The notes under the pieces: generated by a model | What the model was told of the DNA's origin: nothing | Databases searched by the model: none | Seen by the model: the letters and a program-made list of their open reading frames with translations, nothing else | NCBI GenBank assembly: GCA_045119035.1 | Contig: JBGVCU010000042.1 | Coordinates: forward strand, 3,984-67,983 | Reading direction: 5' to 3' | DNA from: Bacilli bacterium | GTDB lineage: Bacteria; Bacillota_I; Bacilli_A; ML615J-28; CAG-313 | Length of the DNA stretch: 64,000 nucleotides | In this document: positions 1 to 10,264 of the stretch, piece by piece | Layout of the letters: every line of letters starts with the position of its first letter | Numbering within the stretch: the stretch's first letter is position 1 | Program-made: the position numbers and the translations under genes

Positions 1-147
1 AAAATTTGATATAGTAAAATAAATTATTCATTGTATAATTCCTTCCATTTAAACTAGTATTATTATACAAAAAAACACTCTTTTTTTCAAGTGATATACT
101 AATTACATAAAATAACAATTTGATTAATAAACTATATTGGTGATATT

Positions 148-915
148 ATGATTAAAATTATTAAAGCTATAATATTAGGTATTGTCCAAGGTATTACAGA
201 AGTTTTACCAATCTCATCTTCAGCACATAATGCATTAATTCATTACTTTATTTATGATACATCAATAAATTTAACAAACGAAATATTCCTACACTTTGCT
301 TCACTACTTGCTCTTATAATTTTTATGAGAAAAGATATTTTTAATATAATTAGAAAAATATTTTGTAAAGATTTTAAATATATAATATCAATTATTATAG
401 GATCAATACCAGCACTGATTGTCTATTTATTATTTAACAAATATATAAAATCAATACTTACAAACATTACTTTAATAGGATTCTTCTTAATTATTACTAG
501 CTTGATTTTAATTTTTATTTATTCATTGTTTAATAATTCTAATAAAAAAATTATATCTAAAACTGATTCTTTATTTATTGGTTTTTGTCAAAGTATTGCT
601 TTAATACCTGGTATTTCAAGAAGTGGGATGACATTATACGGAGGTTTACTTAAAGGTATTAACTATAAAGAAACAATTAAATTTTCACTCTTTTTATTTC
701 TTGTCGCAAGTAGTGGTTCTTTAATATTAGAATATAAAGAAATTGCTAGTATTGATTTAAATTTATTTAGTATTATTACTTTTATTACTACATTTTTCTT
801 TACTTTAATTTCTTTACATTTAATTGTAAATAAGATTAAAAGAAAACATTTTTTATATTTTTCTTTATATACATTTCTACTAGGAATCATAGTCATTATT
901 TTTACAATTAGGTAA
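148..915 (+). CDS. uppP: Undecaprenyl-diphosphate phosphatase (BacA/UppP family)
   Basis: GIVQGITEVLPISSSAH and ALIPGISRSGMT signature motifs; multiple hydrophobic segments; GGTGA SD. Confidence 0.92.
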   Translation: MIKIIKAIILGIVQGITEVLPISSSAHNALIHYFIYDTSINLTNEIFLHFASLLALIIFMRKDIFNIIRKIFCKDFKYIISIIIGSIPALIVYLLFNKYIKSILTNITLIGFFLIITSLILIFIYSLFNNSNKKIISKTDSLFIGFCQSIALIPGISRSGMTLYGGLLKGINYKETIKFSLFLFLVASSGSLILEYKEIASIDLNLFSIITFITTFFFTLISLHLIVNKIKRKHFLYFSLYTFLLGIIVIIFTIR

Positions 916-972
916 AGACACTTTCAACATTTAATATATTGTATATTATATAGTGAAAGTGAGGTGTAGTTA

Positions 973-1386
973 ATGGCTTGTGGTACAAATACATATAATA
1001 TGACAACTATTAATACAAAAAATACAACAAATGAAAATACAATTGCTGGATTACTTAAAAGAATAGATACATTACAAAGAAATGCAATTGCAACTAATGC
1101 ATTAAGTACTTGTGATAATTGTTTAGTTAATTCAATGTTCAATACTAAACCTATTAATATCTATTGTGGTTGCGATTTATTTACAGCAACATTCAATGGA
1201 GTAGATTATACATTATTTAGAGTTGAAGAAGTAAGAGGTAACGATACTGTTGTTCTTAGATTATTAGAAGTAGTAAATGATGTTGTTACTTGTACAGCAA
1301 ATACTATTATAGTAAATATTAATGCAATATTTGCTATTCAATGTAATGCTCCTATTAATTGTACAATTAGTTGTTTTCAAGCGTAA
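973..1386 (+). CDS. Cys-rich protein resembling CotY/CotZ spore coat (crust) family
   Basis: Pattern I..LL..I..LQ..A...CD.C ... FRVEEV.G...V.LRLL ... T...I.VNI..IFAIQC..P, recalled from CotY/CotZ; GAGGTG SD; not confirmed by HMM. Confidence 0.55.
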   Translation: MACGTNTYNMTTINTKNTTNENTIAGLLKRIDTLQRNAIATNALSTCDNCLVNSMFNTKPINIYCGCDLFTATFNGVDYTLFRVEEVRGNDTVVLRLLEVVNDVVTCTANTIIVNINAIFAIQCNAPINCTISCFQA

Positions 1387-1542
1387 CTATATATTTTATT
1401 AACGCTGAATAGAAAATCAAATATTCAGCGTTAATCAACCCTTATTTTTAAAGTCAGAGAAATCTGGCTTTTAAATTTTATTTATTATTTTAAATAAAAA
1501 AAATAATTAAATGTGTTATAATAGTATAAAGGAGATGATTAT

Positions 1543-1902
1543 ATGAAACTAATGAAAAAATTTACTTTTGTATTAATTTTAACTTTATCTTTACTTACTC
1601 TTGTTAGCTGTGGTATGGAATCATACGCTAAAAAAATTAATAAAAGAGCAGAAAAAGATGATCACATTACTTATAGCGAAGTTGTAAAAAAACTTGGTGA
1701 AGATAAAATCATCGATTTAACAACTGGATCTGATGCTTATGCTAGTGGTATTATTATTAAAGTTAAAGGTGTAACTTCAGTTGAAGAATTAAAACAAAAA
1801 ATTAATGATGGTGAAACTTTAAAAGGTATTAGAGTTATCATTGCTTTAGGAAAAGCAGTATCTGCTGAATATACTGAAATTGATATGAGTAGTGTAAAAT
1901 AA
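1543..1902 (+). CDS. Small lipoprotein, unknown function
   Basis: Signal peptide with LVSC lipobox; AGGAG SD; followed by a strong terminator. Confidence 0.65.
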   Translation: MKLMKKFTFVLILTLSLLTLVSCGMESYAKKINKRAEKDDHITYSEVVKKLGEDKIIDLTTGSDAYASGIIIKVKGVTSVEELKQKINDGETLKGIRVIIALGKAVSAEYTEIDMSSVK

Positions 1903-1910
1903 CTCATTAT

Positions 1911-1943
1911 AAAAGACATGTTCGATTGAACATGTCTTTTTTT
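1911..1943 (+). terminator. Rho-independent terminator
   Basis: Perfect hairpin aaaagacatgttc-gatt-gaacatgtctttt followed by a T-run. Confidence 0.85.
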
Positions 1944-1945
1944 AT

Positions 1946-2437
1946 GATCATGTGAATTACTTTAGGGTTTGAGTATACCAGTGAATTAGTTTAGGGTCTC
2001 CCTATACTTCTTCACTGTTTTTTTTGTTATAATATAATAAACACACAAGAAAGGACCATAATGAAAAATGATATTATTAAATTACTTAATTTGGAACAGA
2101 AAACTTCTTATTCACTGGAAAGACGAAATAAAAAACTCCTTCATTAGATACCAAGGAAAGAGACTTTCCAATGGGCCTATTGAAGGAGCTAATTCTAGAA
2201 TCAAAACGATTCTAAAATCTGCTAATGGATACACTAATTTTAATAGACTAAGAAACAGGATTATGTATTCATTAAACAAAGACATCCCTATAAAAGGGAA
2301 CCGTAAACGTAAGTAAACTTACGTTTATATTATAACATTTATTATGTGTGTTTGACCCTAAAGTTTTTCACAGGGTTTAAAACACTGAACTAATTCACAG
2401 GTGTAATTACTTGAACCCTAAACTAATTCACAGGGCC
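1946..2437 (+). mobile_element. Internally deleted ISL3-family element (492 bp, non-autonomous)
   Basis: 24-bp imperfect terminal inverted repeats (gatcatgtgaattactttagggtt vs ggccctgtgaattagtttagggtt); five subterminal copies of a gtgaattagtttagggt-like motif; transposase remnant inside. Confidence 0.8.
2061..2316 (+). pseudogene. ISL3 transposase remnant: short N-terminus (MKNDIIKLLNLE) joined out of frame to the C-terminal end
   Basis: AAAGGA SD and ATG at 2061; C-terminal frame has SNGPIEGANSRIKTILKSANGYTNFNRLRNRIM, the typical ISL3 C-terminal motif. Confidence 0.8.
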
Positions 2438-2607
2438 AAAATGATATCATCTCTTTTCTCCAAAGCGTGAACATTAAAATCATTAAGTTTAAAATGAATA
2501 TTTCTAATAACAAATAAAAATAATATAATTAAAATAATTATTTTATAATTTCATCTTTCTAATTCTTTAATAATAATAATAATAATAATCGATTTTTTCC
2601 TATCATT

Positions 2608-4029
2608 TTATTTAATATCAGACAACATTTTATATTTTAAATCATATAATTTTTTCGATAAATCAACGTAATAATTATGAGGATTAGAAAATCTTTTAAC
2701 TTCATCCCATAACATTTGATATTGCTCTTCAGCATATTCTTTAACTTCTTTTGTAGAAGGTAAATTATATACTTGTTTACCATCTTTAAAAATTAAAACA
2801 TGTTGATCTTCAATTTTGTAGTTTGTAAATGTTCTTTGTTTCCAAGGTTGGCTTTCTGAAAAAATAGTTAGTTCTTCTTTACCATCATATACTTCATCAT
2901 GTAAAGCAATTAAGTCTGCAATCATTTTTCCATCTTCAAAAATACGATATACTTTCTTATAACCTGGATTTGTAATCTTAATTACATTTTCACTTCTTTT
3001 GATTTTAGGAACAATTTGACCTTCTTTTTCAACAGCAACAAGTTTATATACACCACCAAAAACAGGATCAGTCTTAGATGTTATAAGTTTTTCACCTACA
3101 CCAAAAACATCAATTTTTGCTCCTTGTTCTAAAACATCTTTAATAATAAATTCATCAAGAGAGTTAGATATACAAATTGTACATTCAGTATAACCTGCTT
3201 CATCTAACATTTTTCTAGCTTTTTTAGTAAGATAAGTAATATCTCCAGAATCAATTCGAATACCACATTTTTTAATTCCAAGTGGTTTTAATACTTCATC
3301 AAATGCTTTTATAGCATTAGGGATACCACTTTTTAAAACATCATATGTGTCAACTAAAAGTGTAGCATTATGAGGATATCTTGTGCAATATTCTTTAAAT
3401 GCTTCATATTCAGTATCAAACATTTGAACCCAAGAATGTGCCATTGTACCTAAAGAAGGAACTCCATATAACTGATCAGCCACAGTACAAGCAGTACCAA
3501 CGCACCCAGAAATATAAGCAGCACGAGCACCTAAAACAGCGGCTGATGCACCATGAGCTCTACGTGAACCAAACTCTAAAATAGGTCTACCTTTTGCTGA
3601 TTCAACGATTCTTCTTGCTGTTGTAGCAATTAAAGATTGGTGATTTACAAGTAATAATAAATATGTTTCAATAATTTGAGCTTCAATTGTTGTAGCTTTA
3701 ATTGTTAGAATTGGTTCATTAGGAAAAATTATACTTCCTTCTTTAAATGAATAAATATCACCAGTAAATTTGAAATTTAAAAGATATTCTAAAAATTCAT
3801 CACTAAATGTATTTTTTTCTCTTAAAAACTCAATATCTTCTTTTGTAAAATGAAGTTCATTAATATATTTAACAATTGATTCTAATCCACAAAAAACAGC
3901 ATATCCACCGCCTTTAGGATTAGTTCTATAAAATAAATCAAAATAACAAATTTTATCTTTTAAAGGACTATTGAAATAACCATTAGCCATTGTTAATTCA
4001 TAAAAATCCATTAACATTGCATGATTCAT
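2608..4029 (-). CDS. pncB: Nicotinate phosphoribosyltransferase
   Basis: DFYELTM, EFGSRRAHG, GTMAHSW, LVDTYD and GIRIDSGD motifs. Confidence 0.96.
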   Translation of the reverse strand: MNHAMLMDFYELTMANGYFNSPLKDKICYFDLFYRTNPKGGGYAVFCGLESIVKYINELHFTKEDIEFLREKNTFSDEFLEYLLNFKFTGDIYSFKEGSIIFPNEPILTIKATTIEAQIIETYLLLLVNHQSLIATTARRIVESAKGRPILEFGSRRAHGASAAVLGARAAYISGCVGTACTVADQLYGVPSLGTMAHSWVQMFDTEYEAFKEYCTRYPHNATLLVDTYDVLKSGIPNAIKAFDEVLKPLGIKKCGIRIDSGDITYLTKKARKMLDEAGYTECTICISNSLDEFIIKDVLEQGAKIDVFGVGEKLITSKTDPVFGGVYKLVAVEKEGQIVPKIKRSENVIKITNPGYKKVYRIFEDGKMIADLIALHDEVYDGKEELTIFSESQPWKQRTFTNYKIEDQHVLIFKDGKQVYNLPSTKEVKEYAEEQYQMLWDEVKRFSNPHNYYVDLSKKLYDLKYKMLSDIK

Positions 4030-4553
4030 TAGATAACCTCCACGTGAATTCCTTCTAAAATATCAAAAGTTTCATTATTTAATTTTTCATCAAAAGATGC
4101 TGTTGCACTTCTATCCACAATAATTTTAGCATTTGGAAGAGCAGCTTTTACCATAACAACATTTGTTAATACACAAATATTAGAAACAAGACCACATACT
4201 TCTACTTCATCATATGGATGATTTTTTAAATAGTTAGCAAGGTCAAGTGAAGGGAATGTTTCTTTTAAAAATGAAACATCTTCTTCCTTATTATATAAGG
4301 AAGAAACTTTACCATACAATTCATGACCTTTTGTCCCTAAAATACAATGTTTAACAGGAAGTTTACTTCCTTCTAAAGTATCAAGGTATTCTTCATAATG
4401 TGTATCAAAAGTATAAATAACATCATTATTACTATTCTTATAATTTAAAATTTTATTATAAATAATATCATCTAGTTCTTTAGCTTTTTCAAATCCTAAA
4501 GATCCATCTACAAAATCATTTTGAAAATCAACTACAATTAATAATTTTTTCAT
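4029..4553 (-). CDS. pncA: Nicotinamidase / isochorismatase-family cysteine hydrolase
   Basis: VVDFQNDF, DTH, HC and CGLVSNICV motifs; translationally coupled to pncB; start placed at ATG 4553 behind AGGAG. Confidence 0.88.
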   Translation of the reverse strand: MKKLLIVVDFQNDFVDGSLGFEKAKELDDIIYNKILNYKNSNNDVIYTFDTHYEEYLDTLEGSKLPVKHCILGTKGHELYGKVSSLYNKEEDVSFLKETFPSLDLANYLKNHPYDEVEVCGLVSNICVLTNVVMVKAALPNAKIIVDRSATASFDEKLNNETFDILEGIHVEVI

Positions 4554-4575
4554 AATATTTCTCCTATTATAAATA

Positions 4576-4821
4576 TTATACCACACTTTGATTTAAAAGT
4601 AAAATATTATTTACATTTAATAATGATATACAGTATGTTATATTATCACTTACAATAACAATACTATCTTGATTAATTCTTTTTATTTTACCAAATAATG
4701 TAGAACCATTTTTTAATATAATTAAATATTTTTTATTTACTTGTAGATTATTATAAATATTGATACATTTTCTCTCATTTATTATATAAGGACTATTAAT
4801 AAACAATAATGGTTTTTCCAA
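4576..4821 (-). CDS. Small protein resembling spore coat protein CotO (KPLLFI N-terminus, Sm-like C-terminus)
   Basis: N-terminal EKPLLFINSP resembles the CotO KPL(L/M)YI.QP motif; C-terminal LKNG..L.GKI..I...I.I.....I.L..V..I beta pattern; GGTGA SD then TTG at 4821. Confidence 0.45.
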   Translation of the reverse strand: MEKPLLFINSPYIINERKCINIYNNLQVNKKYLIILKNGSTLFGKIKRINQDSIVIVSDNITYCISLLNVNNILLLNQSVV

Positions 4822-4925
4822 TTTTCTCACCAATATTATATTATAAAATATTTAATTTTTTATACATACTAAATAAAAACTGTATTTAGCATTGTTATAT
4901 AATAAAAAGGAGATGAGAATTATTT

Positions 4926-6332
4926 ATGTTTATATTAATATCTACTCTATTTTTAATAATTATTTTATCATTATTAATATATTTAAAATTTATTAAAAAT
5001 TATGATTTTAATAAATTTAATAAATTAATCAAAATATTATCTATAATATATGTATGTATATCTTTCGTAAATTTATTTTTACCTGATGGTTTAGCAAGAG
5101 AATATACAGAAGCTGAATTAAAAAATAAAAAAGCTATATATGAAAATATTATAAGATGGTTACAAAATAGTGCCTTTTTAATTATTCCTACAATTGCTTA
5201 TTTTGATAATAAAATACTAAATAAAATAGCTAGTTATATTGTTTTACCATTTAATATTATTTATATGTTTTCTTATAATGTAATTATTAAATCTCTTACA
5301 GATCCAGCTGGTAGAGGACTTAATACAATAAGATTTATGAGTAATGAAGCAAAAGCTTTTATGATAAATGAAACATTTAGAACCATTATATTTAGTTTAA
5401 TTATTTATTTAGCACTTTTTATTTTATTAATTCAAACATTTAAAAATATTAATGATTTAAAATTTTCTAAAAAAGAAATTAAAAACTTTATTCTAGTATC
5501 ATTAGGTATCATTGTTTTATCAATGCCTTGTTATGCTCCTCAATATCTTATTGGATATACAAGCATTATATTTAAACGTTTTACACTTTCACATCTTGCT
5601 ATCATTATTTTATTAGTTATCGAAACAATTTTTATATATAATGTTTTCAAAAATAAGCCAAAAGAAATAAAAATTATTTTATTAATATTGATGAGTTTAA
5701 GTTTATTGTTTCAATTTAATCAAGTATTTACCGGAACAAATGAAATTAATTTTAAAAAATTTCCATTTCAACTATGTAATATTGGATCATATTTAATTCT
5801 TATTACACTAATAACAAAAAATAAACATTTATTTAATTTCTGTATCGTGGTAAATGTTGTAGGAGCAACAATTGCGATGATTATTTTAGATGTTAATAAT
5901 GTTGGTATAGGATATTATTGGAATATACATTATATTTTAGAACATGGAAAAGTAATTATTATTCCAATTTTATGTTTATTATTTAAAATATTTGAACCAC
6001 TTACAAAAAAAGATGTTAAAGATGTTCTTATTGGATTTAGTTCATATTTTACATTTGTTTTATTATTTGGTACAATTGCTAACGGAATATATCATCATCT
6101 TGATAATTCATATTTTAAAGTTAATTTCTTATTTATGTTTTTAAAAGAAGAAACAACGGAAATTGTAGGATTTGTAGAACCATTATTCGATATTAAAATA
6201 AAATTAGGTATATTTGAATTATATCCTATTATTCAATTACTAGTATTTATAATATTTACTTTATTATGTGTAGGATGCTTCTATTTACTATATGTTTTAT
6301 CAAATAAGAAAAAAGAATTAAATACAAATTAA
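4926..6332 (+). CDS. Polytopic membrane protein, YwaF/TMEM164-like
   Basis: About 12 hydrophobic segments; FPFQLCNI and HYILEH motifs; FKVNFLFM. Confidence 0.65.
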   Translation: MFILISTLFLIIILSLLIYLKFIKNYDFNKFNKLIKILSIIYVCISFVNLFLPDGLAREYTEAELKNKKAIYENIIRWLQNSAFLIIPTIAYFDNKILNKIASYIVLPFNIIYMFSYNVIIKSLTDPAGRGLNTIRFMSNEAKAFMINETFRTIIFSLIIYLALFILLIQTFKNINDLKFSKKEIKNFILVSLGIIVLSMPCYAPQYLIGYTSIIFKRFTLSHLAIIILLVIETIFIYNVFKNKPKEIKIILLILMSLSLLFQFNQVFTGTNEINFKKFPFQLCNIGSYLILITLITKNKHLFNFCIVVNVVGATIAMIILDVNNVGIGYYWNIHYILEHGKVIIIPILCLLFKIFEPLTKKDVKDVLIGFSSYFTFVLLFGTIANGIYHHLDNSYFKVNFLFMFLKEETTEIVGFVEPLFDIKIKLGIFELYPIIQLLVFIIFTLLCVGCFYLLYVLSNKKKELNTN

Positions 6333-6358
6333 AAGGTACAGTAAAAACTGTACCTTTT
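6331..6358. terminator. Bidirectional terminator between convergent genes
   Basis: Hairpin aaaaggtacag-taaaaa-ctgtacctttt. Confidence 0.8.
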
Positions 6359-6369
6359 TCAATTAAATT

Positions 6370-6906
6370 CTAGTAGTTAGTACATCTAACTTCAAAATAT
6401 GATTGTGGATGAACACAAACTGGGCAAGCTTTAGGAGCTTCTAAACCAATGTGAATGTGACCACAGTTACGGCATACCCAAACAGTAATACCAGCTTTTG
6501 CAAATACTTGAGCTGTTTCAACATTTTCTAAAAGTTTACGATATCTTTCTTCATGTTCTTTTTCAACAGCAGCAACACCTCTGAATTGTTTAGCAAGTGC
6601 TAAGAATCCTTCTTCTTCAGCAACTTTAGCAAATTCATCATACATTTCTGTCCATTCATAGTTTTCACCTTCAGCAGCATGAAGTAAGTTTTCAGCAGTA
6701 TTACCAATACCACCTAATGCTTTAAACCAAAGTTTAGCATGTTCTTTTTCATTTTCAGCAGTTTCCATAAAAATTGCTGCAATTTGTTCATATCCTTCTT
6801 TTTTAGCTACACTTGCAAAATATGTATACTTGTTTCTTGCTTGTGATTCACCAGCAAATGCAGTCATTAAATTTTGCTCAGTTCTTGTACCTTTTAAGTC
6901 TCTCAT
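6370..6906 (-). CDS. rbr: Rubrerythrin
   Basis: [25 protein letters not shown] and EKEHEERY di-iron motifs; C-terminal rubredoxin CRNCG...CPVC. Confidence 0.96.
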   Translation of the reverse strand: MRDLKGTRTEQNLMTAFAGESQARNKYTYFASVAKKEGYEQIAAIFMETAENEKEHAKLWFKALGGIGNTAENLLHAAEGENYEWTEMYDEFAKVAEEEGFLALAKQFRGVAAVEKEHEERYRKLLENVETAQVFAKAGITVWVCRNCGHIHIGLEAPKACPVCVHPQSYFEVRCTNY

Positions 6907-6980
6907 AATAATCTCCTTATAATTATTTTTTTACAATAAAATTATATCATTAATTAATTAAAATGTCAATTAAATTTATA

Positions 6981-7703
6981 TTAATTTTTAATCATTTTTA
7001 ATGCATTATCGTATGCAACTTTAGCAAGTTTATAATATTCCATATAACCAGTTAAAGTAGCTTTAGTTGTTACTTTATCAAATACAACTTTACCATTTGC
7101 ATCTTTTTTAGGTTCAACTGAAAGATTTGTTTCTTCCATACCTTTAATTAATTCTTGAATATTTTCTTTCCATCCAAGAGTATTTTCATCTTTAGGCCAA
7201 TAATTTGCTACTGATTTAAATAATTTAGTTGTAGCAAATTTTAAATCTGTAATTAAATTATTTGAATCATCCACAATAGTTAATTTATTATTACTTAATG
7301 ATTCATAATACCATTTAGCTTTTTCACTATCTCCAACATATAAATCTAAACTTGGGATTGTTTCATTTCCATAAGTTACACGATCATTTTTATTACTGAA
7401 ATTAAAAACAATATCGCCAATTTTAATATTTTTTAAATATTTCTTTTCATTATGATTAACAACATAATCATGTTCGTTTTCATAATCTGTGGTAGCAAAA
7501 TCTTGAGGAAGTAAAGCTTCATCAATCATAATTCTTTTAACTTTACCATCTTGAATAGTAACTGTTGCTTTACATACATAACTATTATATACAACACCAT
7601 ACGCATCTGCAGTATATTCTGTCATATCTTTTTTCTTACATCCTGTAAGTAAACATAATACAGCAAGTAATACTAAACATAAATTAAAAAACTTTTTATT
7701 CAT
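6981..7703 (-). CDS. Lipoprotein, possibly FMN-binding-domain-like
   Basis: LTGC lipobox; GWKENI and D.VT.KAT loosely resemble flavinylated extracytoplasmic domains. Confidence 0.45.
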   Translation of the reverse strand: MNKKFFNLCLVLLAVLCLLTGCKKKDMTEYTADAYGVVYNSYVCKATVTIQDGKVKRIMIDEALLPQDFATTDYENEHDYVVNHNEKKYLKNIKIGDIVFNFSNKNDRVTYGNETIPSLDLYVGDSEKAKWYYESLSNNKLTIVDDSNNLITDLKFATTKLFKSVANYWPKDENTLGWKENIQELIKGMEETNLSVEPKKDANGKVVFDKVTTKATLTGYMEYYKLAKVAYDNALKMIKN

Positions 7704-7795
7704 AATATCTCCTTTATTAATTTTTTTATATTATTTGTATATTTAAGAAAAATATACAAATAATTAAACTAATAATTGATATTAAAATAAAAAGT

Positions 7796-8422
7796 TTATT
7801 TTTTATTTTTAATTCTTTCATTATGTTCTTTTATTGAAGAAATACATCCACAATAATCTTGTCTATATAAACCATATTTTTTAGAAAGTTCAATTGATAT
7901 TTTATAACCATTTTCTTTTTTAAAATTAGAATATAAATACTTACTACTAAGTTCCACACTTTTTCCAATCTCATTTATCCATTCACTATTTTTATATGGA
8001 CTAATAGATAATGTTGTTGTAAAATAATCAAAATTATTACTTGATGCAATTTCACTACATTTTTTCAATCTAAAATAATAACAATTATAACATCTTTTTG
8101 AACCTTCACCTAAATCTTCTAACCCATTTACAACTTCTTTGTAAATATTATAATCATAATTATCTAATAAAATATCAATATCAAATCCTAATTTATCAAT
8201 AATCTCTCTTTGAGTTTCTAATCTTTTATAGAACTCTTTTTCAGGAAAAATATTCGGATTATAATAAAGAATTGTAATTTTAAAATATTCATTTAACATA
8301 GATAAAACATATGAACTACATGGTCCACAACAACTATGCAATAACAAACTAGGTTTTTTATCAAGCAAGTTAATATCTTCTAACAATTTCTTAAACTCAA
8401 GATATTCATTCATATTTATCAC
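7796..8422 (-). CDS. queH: Epoxyqueuosine reductase QueH (DUF208)
   Basis: LLLHSCCGPCS, YYNPNI, RCYNCY, FTTTLSISP and YRQDYCGC motifs. Confidence 0.93.
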   Translation of the reverse strand: MINMNEYLEFKKLLEDINLLDKKPSLLLHSCCGPCSSYVLSMLNEYFKITILYYNPNIFPEKEFYKRLETQREIIDKLGFDIDILLDNYDYNIYKEVVNGLEDLGEGSKRCYNCYYFRLKKCSEIASSNNFDYFTTTLSISPYKNSEWINEIGKSVELSSKYLYSNFKKENGYKISIELSKKYGLYRQDYCGCISSIKEHNERIKNKK

Positions 8423-8505
8423 CTATATTAATTATACCATAATTAAAAACAAATTACATAAGAAAAACCTTCTTATATATAATATAAGAAGGTTAAATAT
8501 TTTAT

Positions 8506-10170
8506 TTAAGCTAAATTCAAATTAGTAACAAAATAAATTGTTTCAGGGAAAAGTTGATCTGAATTTGCTACAATTTGAATGTTTACAACTTTATCATAAT
8601 CATATTGACGTTCAATTACTAAAATCGGTTCTTTAGGCCCATATGCATGAGCAACACGAATATTAAATCTATCAATCATTTGTAAACTTAAATCAGTCAT
8701 TAAAGTTGAAGTTTGACTATTAGGATTTCCACAATATCTAGAAACACCAACTCTAAAATTAAAGTTTGCTGGAATTGTAATATTTGTTTCATAAATAACT
8801 TGACCTGCCACAACATCTTGAATAGGAATTGCTATTTCATATCCAGATATCATAATAGCATCATGTATATCAACTAGACCAGCTCCAATTTCATTATCAA
8901 AACCAGGATCTTCAAATCTAGTTCCGTCACCAGTCATATCAGCAGTAGTCGCTAAAAATAATGACGCTAAAGCTGCACTTGTAGAACAATATGGGTAAGC
9001 TTCAAATAACATTCCTAACATACCTGTAACAGATGCACAAGAAAAGCTAGTACCGCTATTTCCATAATATTGTTCAGCAATATTAACCGAATCACCTTCT
9101 GCAACAACTGTTGGTTTTGTTAATTCTCCATCATTCATTTTATATGATGAGAAAGTAGTAAATAATAAATCATAAGTAACTGCACCAACAGTAATAATAT
9201 TATATCCACATCCGGGGTTTGATACCCTTCTATCTTCACTTTCATTATTACCTGCAGCTGCAACAATTGTAATATCGTAATTGTTTACTATATAATCTAA
9301 ATATTCAGTTTGTGAATCTCTTGTACCATATGTACCAAGTCTAGTAAAACTCATGTTAATAATATCAGTATTATTATCTAAAAACCATTCAATTTCATTA
9401 GTATAAGTTCCGTTAACTTCTGCACTTATAATTCTTGCATCAGGACAAATACCTTTAGCTCCACCAATTAAATTAGACGTTAAAATAGCATGTTCTGTAA
9501 CTTGTTCAACTCTCCAAAAATTATTAAAATATTCGCAATCTGTATTAGCAAAATTAGGATGATCTACATCCATTATTCCTGTTTCAAGTAAACCAATAGT
9601 TACACCTTCTCCAGTAAAAATACTATTACTATAATATTCATATCCGTTAGAATTCAGTAATGTTGAATATAATTCATCTTCATATTTCTTTTCCGTAAAA
9701 CTAATGTATGCTGTATCGACACATTTACAATCGTTAATTGTATTTACTATTGTATCTTCTAAAGCTTTAAAATTTTCATAAGTATATTCATATTCAATAT
9801 ATGGAGAATATTTAGAAATATACATATCTTCTTTACCATTCATCTCTATATTACTAGACATATCAATATTCTTATTATAATAGTACTCTTTCATTCTTGA
9901 AAGTCTTTCAGCTTTAGCTTGTTTTATTTCTTTTAGTGATGCATCTTTATTAACGTTTAAGCGTTCAGACTTATTTTCATAATCCAAATGTAATTGTACT
10001 GTGACATTACTAGAAGTATATCCCGCATTAGATCCTTCAGTTGAAAGATCTTTATAATTTAAATTGTCTTCATAAATTATTTTATCATTAGTAGTGTCAT
10101 GATATTCAATATGGCCACATAGCCCCCCGACCATTATTAGTAATAATAGTAGAATTTGTATTTTTCTCAT
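8506..10170 (-). CDS. Secreted S8 subtilase with Glu replacing the catalytic Asp
   Basis: Signal peptide; GVTIGLLETG (D to E), EHAILTS (His), AAAGN (oxyanion hole), GTSFS (Ser); GGAGG SD before ATG 10170. Confidence 0.85.
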   Translation of the reverse strand: MRKIQILLLLLIMVGGLCGHIEYHDTTNDKIIYEDNLNYKDLSTEGSNAGYTSSNVTVQLHLDYENKSERLNVNKDASLKEIKQAKAERLSRMKEYYYNKNIDMSSNIEMNGKEDMYISKYSPYIEYEYTYENFKALEDTIVNTINDCKCVDTAYISFTEKKYEDELYSTLLNSNGYEYYSNSIFTGEGVTIGLLETGIMDVDHPNFANTDCEYFNNFWRVEQVTEHAILTSNLIGGAKGICPDARIISAEVNGTYTNEIEWFLDNNTDIINMSFTRLGTYGTRDSQTEYLDYIVNNYDITIVAAAGNNESEDRRVSNPGCGYNIITVGAVTYDLLFTTFSSYKMNDGELTKPTVVAEGDSVNIAEQYYGNSGTSFSCASVTGMLGMLFEAYPYCSTSAALASLFLATTADMTGDGTRFEDPGFDNEIGAGLVDIHDAIMISGYEIAIPIQDVVAGQVIYETNITIPANFNFRVGVSRYCGNPNSQTSTLMTDLSLQMIDRFNIRVAHAYGPKEPILVIERQYDYDKVVNIQIVANSDQLFPETIYFVTNLNLA

Positions 10171-10264
10171 ATATCCTCCATACATAAAATATAGTAAAAC
10201 TAAATTGCCTTACATAATATATACGAAATAAGATATTAAAAATGCACAAAATAATATATTTTTT

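Noticed and set aside
2569-2589. (AAT)n microsatellite
   Set aside because: Intergenic between convergent 3' ends in a very AT-rich background, with no plausible phase-variation target.
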